Part shown: positions 44,143-53,021 of the stretch, piece after piece
How positions within the stretch are numbered: position 1 is the stretch's first letter
How the letters are laid out: each line of letters starts with the position of its first letter
DNA from: a virus
Taxonomy: Duplodnaviria; Caudoviricetes
DNA length: 58,218 bases
Virus record (IMG/VR): IMGVR_UViG_3300043538_000065
Location: 1 to 58,218 of that record
Strand: one strand, 5' to 3'
Made by a program: the position numbers and the translations under genes
Notes under the pieces: generated by a model
What the model was told of the DNA's origin: nothing
Seen by the model: the letters and a program-made list of their open reading frames with translations, nothing else
Database searches by the model: none

Positions 44143-46313
44143 TCCGCCGCCTCCAATATGAATTGAGGCGCGTCGGCTTCATCTGCAAACAGTGCTGTTA
44201 CGCAGGCATCCGCCAATTCGACCGGCACGGCGTTGCCTATCTGCTTGACCTTTTCCGTCTTGTTGCCCGTGAACTCGTATTTCACCAGCTCAGGATCGAA
44301 ACCCATCGCCGCGCCGAGCTCGTAATCCTCCAGCATGCGGAACAGGATGTCGTGACCGGTCGCCTCCACCAAGTTGATGTGGCCAGTGGCGCAGATCGTG
44401 GGCGTCGGAACTTCTAGGGAATGAACGCGCGGTGGTTGGCCCTCACGTTCGCCGAATTGAGCCGCAATAAATGCGAGTTCGCCCCTATGTGCAGTCGTCA
44501 AGGTCGGCAGCGGATCAACCTCGACGTCGCGCGCACGGTTCGACATGTCCGAGTGAGTGACCGGTATCACCAGGGCGAAGCGGTCCAAAGCCGTTACCGT
44601 GGGTAAAGGCTCGTTGACCGTGCTGCAGGTCTCGCCTGATCCCGATCCATAGTACGGAGCAATCAGCGCGATCGCGCCGTCACCAACGTTGGTAGGAAGA
44701 GGATCACTGGTCGCACGCGGCGCACCGCCGGAAGCCTGAGACAAGACGAAGGGCTCAACGATCGCGAACTTGCCTCCCTGTGCGTGAATCGTCTGCAGCG
44801 GGTCATTCAGACTGAGACATCGTCGGGCATCGGGGTTTCGTTCATGCGGGGAATTGCCGTGCGCAACCGCCGCAATGAACGGTTCAACCAACATCGGCCG
44901 CGCGCAGCCGGGACGTTCCTCGTTGCCAGCGCCGCCGGTCGTAAAGCCTGGTAGCGGATCGCTAACCTCACGAGCGGGTGCTTGCCCAGTGGCCAGAATC
45001 AGCGGCTGAACGAGTGCAACGCCGCCGCCTGGCGCGGTAGTGAAACAAGGCGACGGCGAGACTGCGGGATCCTTCGCCGCGTTATTGTTCCGGTTCGCCA
45101 GGATCAACGCTTCCGCCAGCCACACCCCGCCCTTACTGTCCAAGGCCGGTAGCGGCGTGGTCGACACATCCGCCGCCTTGTTGTTCTTGCGGCCGTTAAT
45201 GAAGATCGGCTCCGCCAGCCCAATATGCTGACCGTTCGCGGCCAACGCCGGCACGGGCAGCTCGATCGAGCGGCCGTCGGCATGATTGCGCAGCGTGACT
45301 AACATCGGCGCAAATGTTTCCGCATTTGTAACAGCCGGCGCGGCCGTGCGGCGGAACTCGCGTAGCCATTTGCCGTAGAAACAAGTCCGCGCGCGCGATC
45401 GTCGGCTTACGTCAGGTTTGGCGGCATGACGGCGGGCAAAATTGTAGCGGATGGTGTGGATCAGCGAGCGCTCCAGTTCGGTCCGCAACATGAAGGCGAA
45501 TACCGGCGGCCAACAGAACTTGATGACGCCGGCCAGCACCCGCGCCAGCGTCTTTGGCGCAAGCGGTACCGGCCGGCCGAAGATCGAGCGGCCTTTGATG
45601 TTCCAGTCGATGATGTCGCGCGCAGGGCGCCACGGCTTTGCCGCGCCCTTGCCGTGGCTGATGATCGGCCAAGTGATGTTGCGCCGGCGTTTCTTCGCCA
45701 ACATGATGAAGCGTTTTCGCGTCGTGGCGCTGCCGTAGTTGGCGGCGTTTAGCTTCTGATATTCCGGCTCGAAGTCGAACTTGCGGATATTGTCGATCCA
45801 CATCTCGAAATACTGGCCCTCTTTCTCCTTGATCGGCCGGCGGGTAACGACGTCGACCGGTCCCCACTTTGTGTATTCCCAGACGTTCTCGATCATCAGG
45901 TTGAGGACATCGAGTTCGGCCAGCCAAGTGAGAATGTGCCAAGGGTCGCTGCGCTGCTGGTCCGAGGTGGGCTTTCCGCCGCGCGCGACCGAATGATGCG
46001 TACAGGTTGGCGATGCCATCAGGATGTCGAGATAGCCTTCCGGCACAATCAAGCCGGGCCGCGCCGCTGCGATGTTCTGGAGATAATGCCGGGCCTTGGG
46101 ATGATGGCGCGCGTGAGTATGCAGCGCGATCGGCCAGTGATTGAGGCAGACGAGGTCCATCTCGAAGCCTAGCCGCTCCAGCGCCCGCTTGGCTCCGGTC
46201 GACGTGCCGCCAGCACCGCAAAGCAGATCAGCCACCTTTTTGACGGGACGGCCATTGATGGCATCAAGAATACGTATCGACTCGTCGCGAATATGGTCGA
46301 GTTCGGACTTCAC
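44139..46313 (-). CDS. C5 DNA cytosine methyltransferase with repeated insert
   Basis: DLLCGAGG, SPTC, IENV, RKRF, KQIGNAVP; repeated xPLPT units; GTGA coupling. Confidence 0.93.
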   Translation of the reverse strand: MKSELDHIRDESIRILDAINGRPVKKVADLLCGAGGTSTGAKRALERLGFEMDLVCLNHWPIALHTHARHHPKARHYLQNIAAARPGLIVPEGYLDILMASPTCTHHSVARGGKPTSDQQRSDPWHILTWLAELDVLNLMIENVWEYTKWGPVDVVTRRPIKEKEGQYFEMWIDNIRKFDFEPEYQKLNAANYGSATTRKRFIMLAKKRRRNITWPIISHGKGAAKPWRPARDIIDWNIKGRSIFGRPVPLAPKTLARVLAGVIKFCWPPVFAFMLRTELERSLIHTIRYNFARRHAAKPDVSRRSRARTCFYGKWLREFRRTAAPAVTNAETFAPMLVTLRNHADGRSIELPVPALAANGQHIGLAEPIFINGRKNNKAADVSTTPLPALDSKGGVWLAEALILANRNNNAAKDPAVSPSPCFTTAPGGGVALVQPLILATGQAPAREVSDPLPGFTTGGAGNEERPGCARPMLVEPFIAAVAHGNSPHERNPDARRCLSLNDPLQTIHAQGGKFAIVEPFVLSQASGGAPRATSDPLPTNVGDGAIALIAPYYGSGSGETCSTVNEPLPTVTALDRFALVIPVTHSDMSNRARDVEVDPLPTLTTAHRGELAFIAAQFGEREGQPPRVHSLEVPTPTICATGHINLVEATGHDILFRMLEDYELGAAMGFDPELVKYEFTGNKTEKVKQIGNAVPVELADACVTALFADEADAPQFILEAAE

Positions 46314-46579
46314 TCCGCAGCCTCCCGCACCATTCCGACGCCGCCAAAATGCCATTCAACCGGATAGCCGCCTACGTTTTGCGGCTTTGGCATGCTCCAC
46401 TGCGCTTCAGCGCAGCCGGCGTAGACGTGGAGTTCGCCGTCGCCGAGCGCGATGGTGAAACTGTTGGAGGGCGCGCCGTGGGTTTCGAGAATATCCACCA
46501 GCCAGCGGGCGCCGAACTCGAGTTCGTCGCGCTTCAGCGCAGCGCGCGGGCGGGGCAATGGTGCCTGGATCGGCCTCAT
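46310..46579 (-). CDS. Hypothetical protein
   Basis: ATGA coupling. Confidence 0.65.
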   Translation of the reverse strand: MRPIQAPLPRPRAALKRDELEFGARWLVDILETHGAPSNSFTIALGDGELHVYAGCAEAQWSMPKPQNVGGYPVEWHFGGVGMVREAAE

Positions 46580-46755
46580 CGCAAAGCCCTCGCGTTCTTC
46601 GGCTCAATGCCGAACTCGCGCGCTTTCGCCTCGTTGACGTAATTGCCGGGCGTGATCTCCACCATGCAGGTATCGCCGCGCATGTAGTATTCGCCGGGCT
46701 TGAAGCCGCGACGCTGGGCTTCTTCGATCTGTTTGCGCTGTTCGTCGGCGTTCAT
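46576..46755 (-). CDS. Small hypothetical protein (59 aa)
   Basis: TGATG coupling; GGAGG RBS. Confidence 0.6.
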   Translation of the reverse strand: MNADEQRKQIEEAQRRGFKPGEYYMRGDTCMVEITPGNYVNEAKAREFGIEPKNARALR

Positions 46756-47300
46756 CAGAACGACCTCCGCTTTGTCTTGCGGGAGCGGTCGAACTTGTCG
46801 CCTTCGGCGATGATGAGGGCGCAGGCCTTGACGAGGTCGCGGCGGAACCCGGTCGGTTTCCACCAATCATGGGACCATGGCCAGAAGTTCGGAAGAAGCA
46901 TGCGCGGGTTATTGCCAAAACCGATGCCGTCCAGATGGATGTAGGCCTGTTTTGCGTAGGCAGCGCCCGCAAGCGCCAGATCGCCGACGTCGTGCGCATC
47001 GTCATGCTCGACGGTCCAGCCCTCCACGTCACGTTGCCTGTAGCATTCCGCGATCACGGCTTGCACGAAGCCCGACAGCGGCCGACGGATATGCAGCGCC
47101 TCAAACACCCGTCGCATCACGAACTGCCGCAACAGCGACACGACCGTCATGATCGCGGCAAAGGCGAGGTTCATCTCGATCGGGATGTTGACGCCGAGCA
47201 GGACGGGCAATACGAGCCACTGCACGAACAGCGAGAGGAAGAACCCGGCCGCGGTCGAGAGGAAGGTTTCCAGCATGGACATTAGGCGGGACTGTTTCAT
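46755..47300 (-). CDS. Two-TM domain fused to conserved phage EHDD/WWKP domain
   Basis: MKQSR.MS..E TM module; RQ...EGW..EHDD.H, WPW...WWKP...RR.LVKA.ALI.AE. Confidence 0.75.
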   Translation of the reverse strand: MKQSRLMSMLETFLSTAAGFFLSLFVQWLVLPVLLGVNIPIEMNLAFAAIMTVVSLLRQFVMRRVFEALHIRRPLSGFVQAVIAECYRQRDVEGWTVEHDDAHDVGDLALAGAAYAKQAYIHLDGIGFGNNPRMLLPNFWPWSHDWWKPTGFRRDLVKACALIIAEGDKFDRSRKTKRRSF

Positions 47301-47491
47301 GTGCGGCCCTCGATAACATCCATGCCACGAGCATCGAACTCGCAGAGATCGACGCGCGGCTCTGTTAGGTCATAAACGTGGCGCAGCCGTTCTTGCCGGG
47401 ACCATTCGAGAACGCCGGCCTTGTCGCGTTCCCGTTTTCGGTGACGGCGTTGCCGGACAGCATCCGGAGACATTGATGGCGGGCGCTTCAT
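47297..47491 (-). CDS. Small basic hypothetical protein
   Basis: ATGA coupling at both ends. Confidence 0.5.
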   Translation of the reverse strand: MKRPPSMSPDAVRQRRHRKRERDKAGVLEWSRQERLRHVYDLTEPRVDLCEFDARGMDVIEGRT

Positions 47492-48933
47492 TCGGCGGCC
47501 TCCGCAGGTTCAAGGCCAAGCGCCGGCTGCTCAACCTCCGGCGCTTCATTGCCCCATCGAATCCAACCCTCGCGCGCACGACGGGCGTTGAGTTCGATCT
47601 TTGGCGTGTTCGGAAAATGGAATTCCGCGTGTTCGTATTGTTGATCGGGCTTTTCCGAATGTTTGCCGACCGGCGCTTCGAAGCGCGATGGGAAATGCGC
47701 CGTGCTTGGTGCGGTCACCTTGCCGCGCGTTCCGATCAGCAGCAGCTCGTGCTCGCCAGTCACCCAGAAGCCGGGGCCGCGGCCATCACCGTTACGAACC
47801 TTGTCCCAACATCGCTGCGACTTGTAGTCAAAGCCGCGCAGCTCCATCACCTTCATTGCGATGGCGCAATGCGGAATCGTGGTCCACATGTAGAGGACAC
47901 AATCGTCATCGGCGCAGGCGAAGCGCTCCGCAGTGCGGGCAACAATCTCTTCGGCAGTATGTGCGTCACGCGCGGTCGGGTAGTGGTTGGAAGGATGCCG
48001 GTCCATGCCGGTCTCGCGGCTACGGGGCTCGAAATCCCATTCGAAATCTTCCAGCACGACGCCGAACTTGCCTTTGGCGGCGATGGCCGTGCCGAGCTTC
48101 GCTTCCTTGTCGTCGCGCTTTTTCTTTTTCTCAGCCTGGTCTTCGGCGCGGACTTCCTTGGCGACTTTTCGGATTTCTTTTTTGGCATCAGGTGTCAGCT
48201 TGCCGGCTTCGTCGCGCGGCAGCGCATCGAGGATGGGCTTTTGCTCGGTAACCGGCAGCGCCGCAATGCTGGCGGCATCATTGACGGTCACATCGCCTTG
48301 CCGGAAGGCATGCTGCAGCTCGGGCGCGCCCTGATCAAGTACCGTGCTATACCGCTTGATCGACGCGACGCTGACATCGTATCTCTCGGCAGCCTCATCG
48401 TGAGTCATCGGCGGTTCGGTAGACGCCGGCTCAACAGGCTGATCCGCGAACGGCAATGAACTCGTCCTAGATAGCTCACGTGAGCTACCTAGCGTGTAGC
48501 GATTTACGCCACGCGGGATTTTCGCGCGCCGGGCCGCGTAGTCGACCCTCTGCTGGAACGTCAGATGACGCCGTTTAAAATTTTCGTCGTCGAGAAAGTC
48601 AAATAGCTGCGCCAGCGTTCCATTGAAAACGGCGTAGCTGATCGGTCTCCTCAGCTCGAGCAGCTCGCGCACCCGGTTACGGCCGTCAGCGAGCATCGCG
48701 TGATGAAATAGAACCGGCCGATTCTGCCTCTCAGCAAGGGAGGCGCGGAATGGCGGTCGTTGATCCTCCGGAATCATTGGCAGGTAATTCGCCAACGGAT
48801 GAATGAACTTGAACTTGTGCTCAAGCGCCAAGTGCCCGGCGAGCATGTCGGCGAATTCCTGCGACGCGAATTCGGCGGCAAGGCCCTTATAACGCGGCTC
48901 GCCGGGCTGAAGTATCCCGCCTGACTGGATCAT
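47488..48933 (-). CDS. ParB-like N-terminus fused to MT-A70 adenine methyltransferase
   Basis: HPLA..LP, DGRNR, EN.KRRHLT; NHYPT, LYMWTT, G.G.W..GEHELLLIGTRG, HSEKP, IELNAR. Confidence 0.9.
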   Translation of the reverse strand: MIQSGGILQPGEPRYKGLAAEFASQEFADMLAGHLALEHKFKFIHPLANYLPMIPEDQRPPFRASLAERQNRPVLFHHAMLADGRNRVRELLELRRPISYAVFNGTLAQLFDFLDDENFKRRHLTFQQRVDYAARRAKIPRGVNRYTLGSSRELSRTSSLPFADQPVEPASTEPPMTHDEAAERYDVSVASIKRYSTVLDQGAPELQHAFRQGDVTVNDAASIAALPVTEQKPILDALPRDEAGKLTPDAKKEIRKVAKEVRAEDQAEKKKKRDDKEAKLGTAIAAKGKFGVVLEDFEWDFEPRSRETGMDRHPSNHYPTARDAHTAEEIVARTAERFACADDDCVLYMWTTIPHCAIAMKVMELRGFDYKSQRCWDKVRNGDGRGPGFWVTGEHELLLIGTRGKVTAPSTAHFPSRFEAPVGKHSEKPDQQYEHAEFHFPNTPKIELNARRAREGWIRWGNEAPEVEQPALGLEPAEAAE

Positions 48934-48935
48934 GC

Positions 48936-49100
48936 CTACCGCCCCGCCCGCTTGTGGATCCTGAGATCGTCCGGCGCGCGCAGATGCGCGACCAAGGCCG
49001 CGCCCAACAGCAGCGCCAGCATCACGGCAATGCCCATCAATGGCGTCCGCAGGTCGCCGAACAGGTCCAGTCCGTCGAGGTCGATGGCGAGCGGCATCAT
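48936..49100 (-). CDS. Small TM protein
   Basis: ATGA coupling; one TM. Confidence 0.5.
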   Translation of the reverse strand: MMPLAIDLDGLDLFGDLRTPLMGIAVMLALLLGAALVAHLRAPDDLRIHKRAGR

Positions 49101-49318
49101 GTGCTCCACATTCCCTTGAGGTAGCGGAAGACGAACGCGGGCCATCCTGCGATCATCGCCAGGGTCGCCAGCACCATCCGGATACGCACTGCCGTCATCT
49201 GCGATCTTGCAGCAAAGGTGTTGTCGACGATGCCAAGCCCACCGAGCACGAGCCAAAGCACCCCGCCGATCGACAGGTAGACCAGCGCTGGCGTGATGAG
49301 GTCGTCGGGTGACATCAT
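49097..49318 (-). CDS. Small two-TM protein
   Basis: ATGA coupling; hydrophobic segments. Confidence 0.6.
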   Translation of the reverse strand: MMSPDDLITPALVYLSIGGVLWLVLGGLGIVDNTFAARSQMTAVRIRMVLATLAMIAGWPAFVFRYLKGMWST

Positions 49319-49677
49319 GGAAACGATCCTCCATCACGACTGTCGGAATCGTCGCCGTCGAAGCCATCATCTTCATCGTCGCCGTGGTCGCGATATGGAA
49401 TCGCGGGCGTGTAGGATCGCTCCGCGTAATTCATGACGGTCTTTTCGTCCGTCACGGTGTAGGAGAAAATCGACGAGCCGCCGTAGTAATGGCTGGACCA
49501 GGTCACCTCGTTCGGAGCGGCGATCTTCGGAACATCGATGCGCAGCATCTTGGCGCCGAAGCGCTCTTCCTCCCGGGCCTTGCCGACGTGGCGGCGATGG
49601 CCGAATATCTCGACAATGGCCCATTCCCAGGTTTCGGTTTCTGGCGTCGGGGCAGCGATATCGGCAGGTTCGGACAT
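49315..49677 (-). CDS. Conserved phage hypothetical protein
   Basis: WAIVEIFGHRR..G...E....G...LRIDVP...YGGSSIF. Confidence 0.75.
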   Translation of the reverse strand: MSEPADIAAPTPETETWEWAIVEIFGHRRHVGKAREEERFGAKMLRIDVPKIAAPNEVTWSSHYYGGSSIFSYTVTDEKTVMNYAERSYTPAIPYRDHGDDEDDGFDGDDSDSRDGGSFP

Positions 49678-49796
49678 CGGACGCGTTCCACTTTTTTCGA
49701 GACAAAACTTCTCACGCTCGGAAACGACCGGGCGCGCGGCAGATCGGCGATACGCAAGGGGAAGCAACTGGAACGCGGGGAACTTAAAAAGACGCG

Positions 49797-49943
49797 TTAG
49801 CGAGGCAACGGGACCTCGCGGATGTGAGAGATGGCGCGCGCCGGGACGCGGCGCGGCTGGATCATGGCGACGGCGATGCACAGCAGGAACGCCAGACCGA
49901 GCAGGATGGGCGAGATGGCGTCCAGGAATGCGAGGAGCGTCAT
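49797..49943 (-). CDS. Small TM protein (48 aa)
   Basis: ATGA coupling; translated manually. Confidence 0.5.
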   Translation of the reverse strand: MTLLAFLDAISPILLGLAFLLCIAVAMIQPRRVPARAISHIREVPLPR

Positions 49944-50188
49944 GGCCGGTACTTCCTCTCGACGCGCAACGGCTTGTTGTCGTGGCCGCGCAGCGCGTAA
50001 GCCTGCACGAAGCCATCAAGGCTCGCCCGGGTCAGGAAAATATCGCCGTCGTCATTTTGCAAAAGGCGCAGTCCGCTGTGCTTGGCCCCGGCGTCGATAT
50101 GCCAAAGGCCTCCGCACTTGCCGGCGTCCGCCATCCTCATACGGACAACACGCTTGTGTCTGTTTCTCGAGGGATGCTTCGCTGTCAT
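49940..50188 (-). CDS. Hypothetical protein
   Basis: GGAGGGCGGC-ATGA start. Confidence 0.55.
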   Translation of the reverse strand: MTAKHPSRNRHKRVVRMRMADAGKCGGLWHIDAGAKHSGLRLLQNDDGDIFLTRASLDGFVQAYALRGHDNKPLRVERKYRP

Positions 50189-50403
50189 GCCGCCCTCCGC
50201 GTTCGGCGGCGCTTTGGCATGATGCGCCATTCAAGTCCCAAGGCTTCAAGCAACTGGGCCGGCGGGTTGCTTTTGCCGGACAAGAAGGTGCTAACGTTCC
50301 CATCATGGACGGCGTGCGCTACACACCAGGCGCGCATTCCTCCTCGACTTCGATACGGCGCGCTCTTGCGAAGAAGCAGCCTGCGAACCTGGTTCAGGGT
50401 CAT
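50185..50403 (-). CDS. Small XRE-like HTH protein
   Basis: MRAWC..H.V..GNVS.FLSGK..P...LLEALGL. Confidence 0.7.
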   Translation of the reverse strand: MTLNQVRRLLLRKSAPYRSRGGMRAWCVAHAVHDGNVSTFLSGKSNPPAQLLEALGLEWRIMPKRRRTRRAA

Positions 50404-50573
50404 GCCGCCCTCCCCTCAGCCGATGATCTCGGCATAGACCGCAAGGGCTGCACGCGCGTTCGGCTTGCGTTTGCCTTCGATGAGAGTTGTGGATGCCCGC
50501 CGAACGAGACTTGCGGCCCGGTCGGCGGGCGGTCTCCACTGGGAGTCTTGCAAACACCCCACGGAGAAAATAG
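50400..50573 (+). repeat. Cassette leader copy 1 (junction, promoter, two hairpins)
   Basis: About 75 bp nearly identical to 50966-51041, then structurally conserved hairpins. Confidence 0.9.
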
Positions 50574-50891
50574 ATGCCGCAACGCTTTGATGAGACTATA
50601 GAAGAATTCGGTCAGCGTCGCATAAAAGAGGCAGAGCAAAATCAGCAACGCGCAACAAGACTTCACGAATTTGCCGTTGAGCCCAAAGACCTCTACGCAG
50701 ATGCCGTAACGTTCCACGAGGATCGTGGCGTTCTCCGCATCGGCTTCCATTGCACCCGACCGGAAAGTGCCGACGCTATCGGTTACCCTACCGTCCCCGT
50801 CGCGCGCGTCTCCTTCCACTTCAAGATGTTCAAGCACTACTTTGAGACATGGCTCCAAACGGAGGCCGGCCGCGACGCGCTGACGGAGTAA
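50574..50891 (+). CDS. Counter-oriented cargo gene 1, hypothetical
   Basis: GGAG RBS; globular 105 aa (LYADAV...VLRIGF...PVARV). Confidence 0.75.
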   Translation: MPQRFDETIEEFGQRRIKEAEQNQQRATRLHEFAVEPKDLYADAVTFHEDRGVLRIGFHCTRPESADAIGYPTVPVARVSFHFKMFKHYFETWLQTEAGRDALTE

Positions 50892-50965
50892 GCCACGCCA
50901 GAATGCAGGTCGCAGAACCGGGTCCATCGGCATGATCGCAAGATAGGGCGGGTGCCTCAGCACGA

Positions 50966-51145
50966 TCATGCCGCCCTCCGATCAGCCGATGATCTCGGCA
51001 TAGACCGCAAGGGCTGCGCGGGCGTTCGGCTTGCGTTTGCCGACCTCGCGGCATTGTGTGTTGATTGCCCGCCGGGCGAGCCTTGCGACTCACCCGGCGC
51101 GCGGTCTTCGATGGGAGTTGCAACACAACCATCGGAGCTAAAATC
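50966..51145 (+). repeat. Cassette leader copy 2
   Basis: Partner of 50400-50573. Confidence 0.9.
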
Positions 51146-51433
51146 ATGAACACGATCAGTGCAACCGGCATCGGCTGGTACAACCGCGAGGACTATCCGC
51201 GCATTCTCGAGATCATGGAGGATGCGGATGTCCTGCCGACGACCTACGATACTTGGCGCCAGAAAGCCGAGGGCTTGGAACGCCAGATCAAGGCGAGCGG
51301 GGCAATTGTGGTCCGCGCCGTAATCGAGCCAAAGGAGTTCGTCGCCTGGTGCGCTGCGCGCGGTCTGAAGGTCAACGCCAAGGCACGCACCGCATTCGGC
51401 TCCGAATGCGCCTACCGGAAGATCAACCCCTGA
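51146..51433 (+). CDS. Counter-oriented cargo gene 2, hypothetical
   Basis: GGAG RBS; 95 aa (WYNREDY...LP.TYD.W...AE...F.AWC...G...AR..F). Confidence 0.8.
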   Translation: MNTISATGIGWYNREDYPRILEIMEDADVLPTTYDTWRQKAEGLERQIKASGAIVVRAVIEPKEFVAWCAARGLKVNAKARTAFGSECAYRKINP

Positions 51434-51466
51434 GACCTGTACGGCAATCATGGGGCGCTCCTGATC

Positions 51467-51730
51467 TCAGCCGATGCGCGCGAAGATGTCGGCAAAGACT
51501 GCGTACACAGCCCGGTCCGGCACGCGAGACGTGCCCTTAAGCCAGCGCTTCGCCGTGCTTTTGTCCTTGCCGGTGGCGTCCGCGAGGAACTGCTCGGTCT
51601 TGCAAGGCGCGGCGAACTTGGCGAGATCGGAGAAGGAAATTCTCTTATCCACAGGGCATATTTTTTTGGGTTCATATTTGAACCCTCGCGGATTTGACAA
51701 CCGCCGCGTGTAACCCCTTGATTCCACCAT
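51467..51730 (-). CDS. CII-position HTH protein
   Basis: LADATGKDKSTAKRWLKG HTH; downstream of cro. Confidence 0.65.
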   Translation of the reverse strand: MVESRGYTRRLSNPRGFKYEPKKICPVDKRISFSDLAKFAAPCKTEQFLADATGKDKSTAKRWLKGTSRVPDRAVYAVFADIFARIG

Positions 51731-51989
51731 GACGCACCCCCGCACGCAAAAACGAACTCCGGTTGCAACCCGCGCGATCTACATGCTACGTTCCGTTTGT
51801 AGCCAGTCCGTAGTGCAACTTCACGCTGGTACAGTTGCGTTTCTCGCACATGACGACAGACGCGCGAAGCAAGCGAAAATCTCACACTTCGCGAAATATT
51901 TTCCGTTAGTGCAAAACCAGACGATGTGCTTGCCTGCCCCTTTAGTCGTAGGGGCTGGGAATGGACAATGTGGTTCGCTTCCCGCGGCG

Positions 51990-52232
51990 TCATGTCGGGA
52001 CTTCCTCGGATACTTTAGCTGCCAGCCGGGTCAAGATTTCAGCAGTCAATCCGGCAGACTTGGCCGTTTCCGTCGTCAGAAGCCGCTCCCACCATTCGGA
52101 CGGGATAGTGTCTCGCTTGAACCACTTGCGCACGACCGAACCGTCATTGATCCCCAACTCGGCCGCCATCGCCTCGCGGGAGCGCCACAAGTCGATGATT
52201 GAGCGGAATGAGGTGGGCACAGAATCAGTCAT
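51990..52232 (-). CDS. Cro-like protein, probably leaderless
   Basis: IIDLW.S...MAAELG.....VRKW.KRD.IP..WW; divergent from repressor. Confidence 0.8.
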   Translation of the reverse strand: MTDSVPTSFRSIIDLWRSREAMAAELGINDGSVVRKWFKRDTIPSEWWERLLTTETAKSAGLTAEILTRLAAKVSEEVPT

Positions 52233-52239
52233 GCCCGAA

Positions 52240-52316
52240 GTATTGGGACATAACGTCCCGATTTGCAAGGGCATCATGGTACGGGACAGAAAATCTCCTG
52301 TGGGACATTCTGGCCC
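52240..52316. promoter_or_regulatory. OR-like region: three operators and cro promoter
   Basis: GGGAC-N5-GTCCC-like sites at 52245, 52283, 52302; TTGCAA-N17-CAATAC on minus strand. Confidence 0.8.
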
Positions 52317-52317
52317 T

Positions 52318-52632
52318 ATGGGAAAAGACTACGAAAAACTGTCCGACAGCGATTGGCGTTCGCGGTTCCAAGAACGACTTAACCGCATTCAAGGCAAGCG
52401 GAGCCACGACGCCATGGCTGATATTCTCGGTATGTCAGTCGAGAGCTGGAAGAAGTGCGTCAATAGAGGTGACAGTTTTCCGCTTCGGAGGTTGCCTAAA
52501 CTTGCCTCCCTCGCTGGAATCCCCATCGAAAGCCTGATCAAGGGTGACAGAGACGACGAACTCCCAGCTCCGGTGGAGCGATATCGGCAGCGAACAATTC
52601 AGTCGAAGACCGGCACCCGACGAACGGGCTAG
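52318..52632 (+). CDS. CI-like XRE repressor without peptidase domain
   Basis: HTH MADILGMSVESWKK; divergent from cro. Confidence 0.8.
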   Translation: MGKDYEKLSDSDWRSRFQERLNRIQGKRSHDAMADILGMSVESWKKCVNRGDSFPLRRLPKLASLAGIPIESLIKGDRDDELPAPVERYRQRTIQSKTGTRRTG

Positions 52633-52645
52633 CTAGTGAGCGCAA

Positions 52646-52969
52646 ATGAACCGCACCTTTTATCTCTTACTGGCGACGGCGACGCTCGCAATATCTCCCG
52701 CTCACACACAGGAGGCGGGCGTTAAGCTCCCTTATGCCGCATGCATAACCGAGGAAGCCTTTAAGAAATTTGACGATATACGCCGATCTGGTGACCGCGA
52801 GGCCCTCGAAAAATATTATATGGCCTCAGCCTTGGCCGGCGTTTGTTTGCCGCTCAAAGTTGGCCAGCGCGTCTTCAAGGAGGGTCTTGGCCAAGGCTTT
52901 GCGATCATAAAGATTCGGCCCAAAGGCATGTTCCAGAGCTATTTCACCTACGATATGGTGGTTGAGTAA
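52646..52969 (+). CDS. Exported protein downstream of repressor (possible superinfection exclusion)
   Basis: Signal peptide; follows cI. Confidence 0.7.
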   Translation: MNRTFYLLLATATLAISPAHTQEAGVKLPYAACITEEAFKKFDDIRRSGDREALEKYYMASALAGVCLPLKVGQRVFKEGLGQGFAIIKIRPKGMFQSYFTYDMVVE

Positions 52970-53021
52970 CGAGTGAGCGGGCCTATAATGAGGCCCAGTT
53001 CCAAAATGTAATTTTCTTCTT

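Noticed and set aside
51961-52317. N-terminal extension of the repressor ORF
   Set aside because: Antisense to cro and overlaps operators; ATG 52318 is the more plausible start
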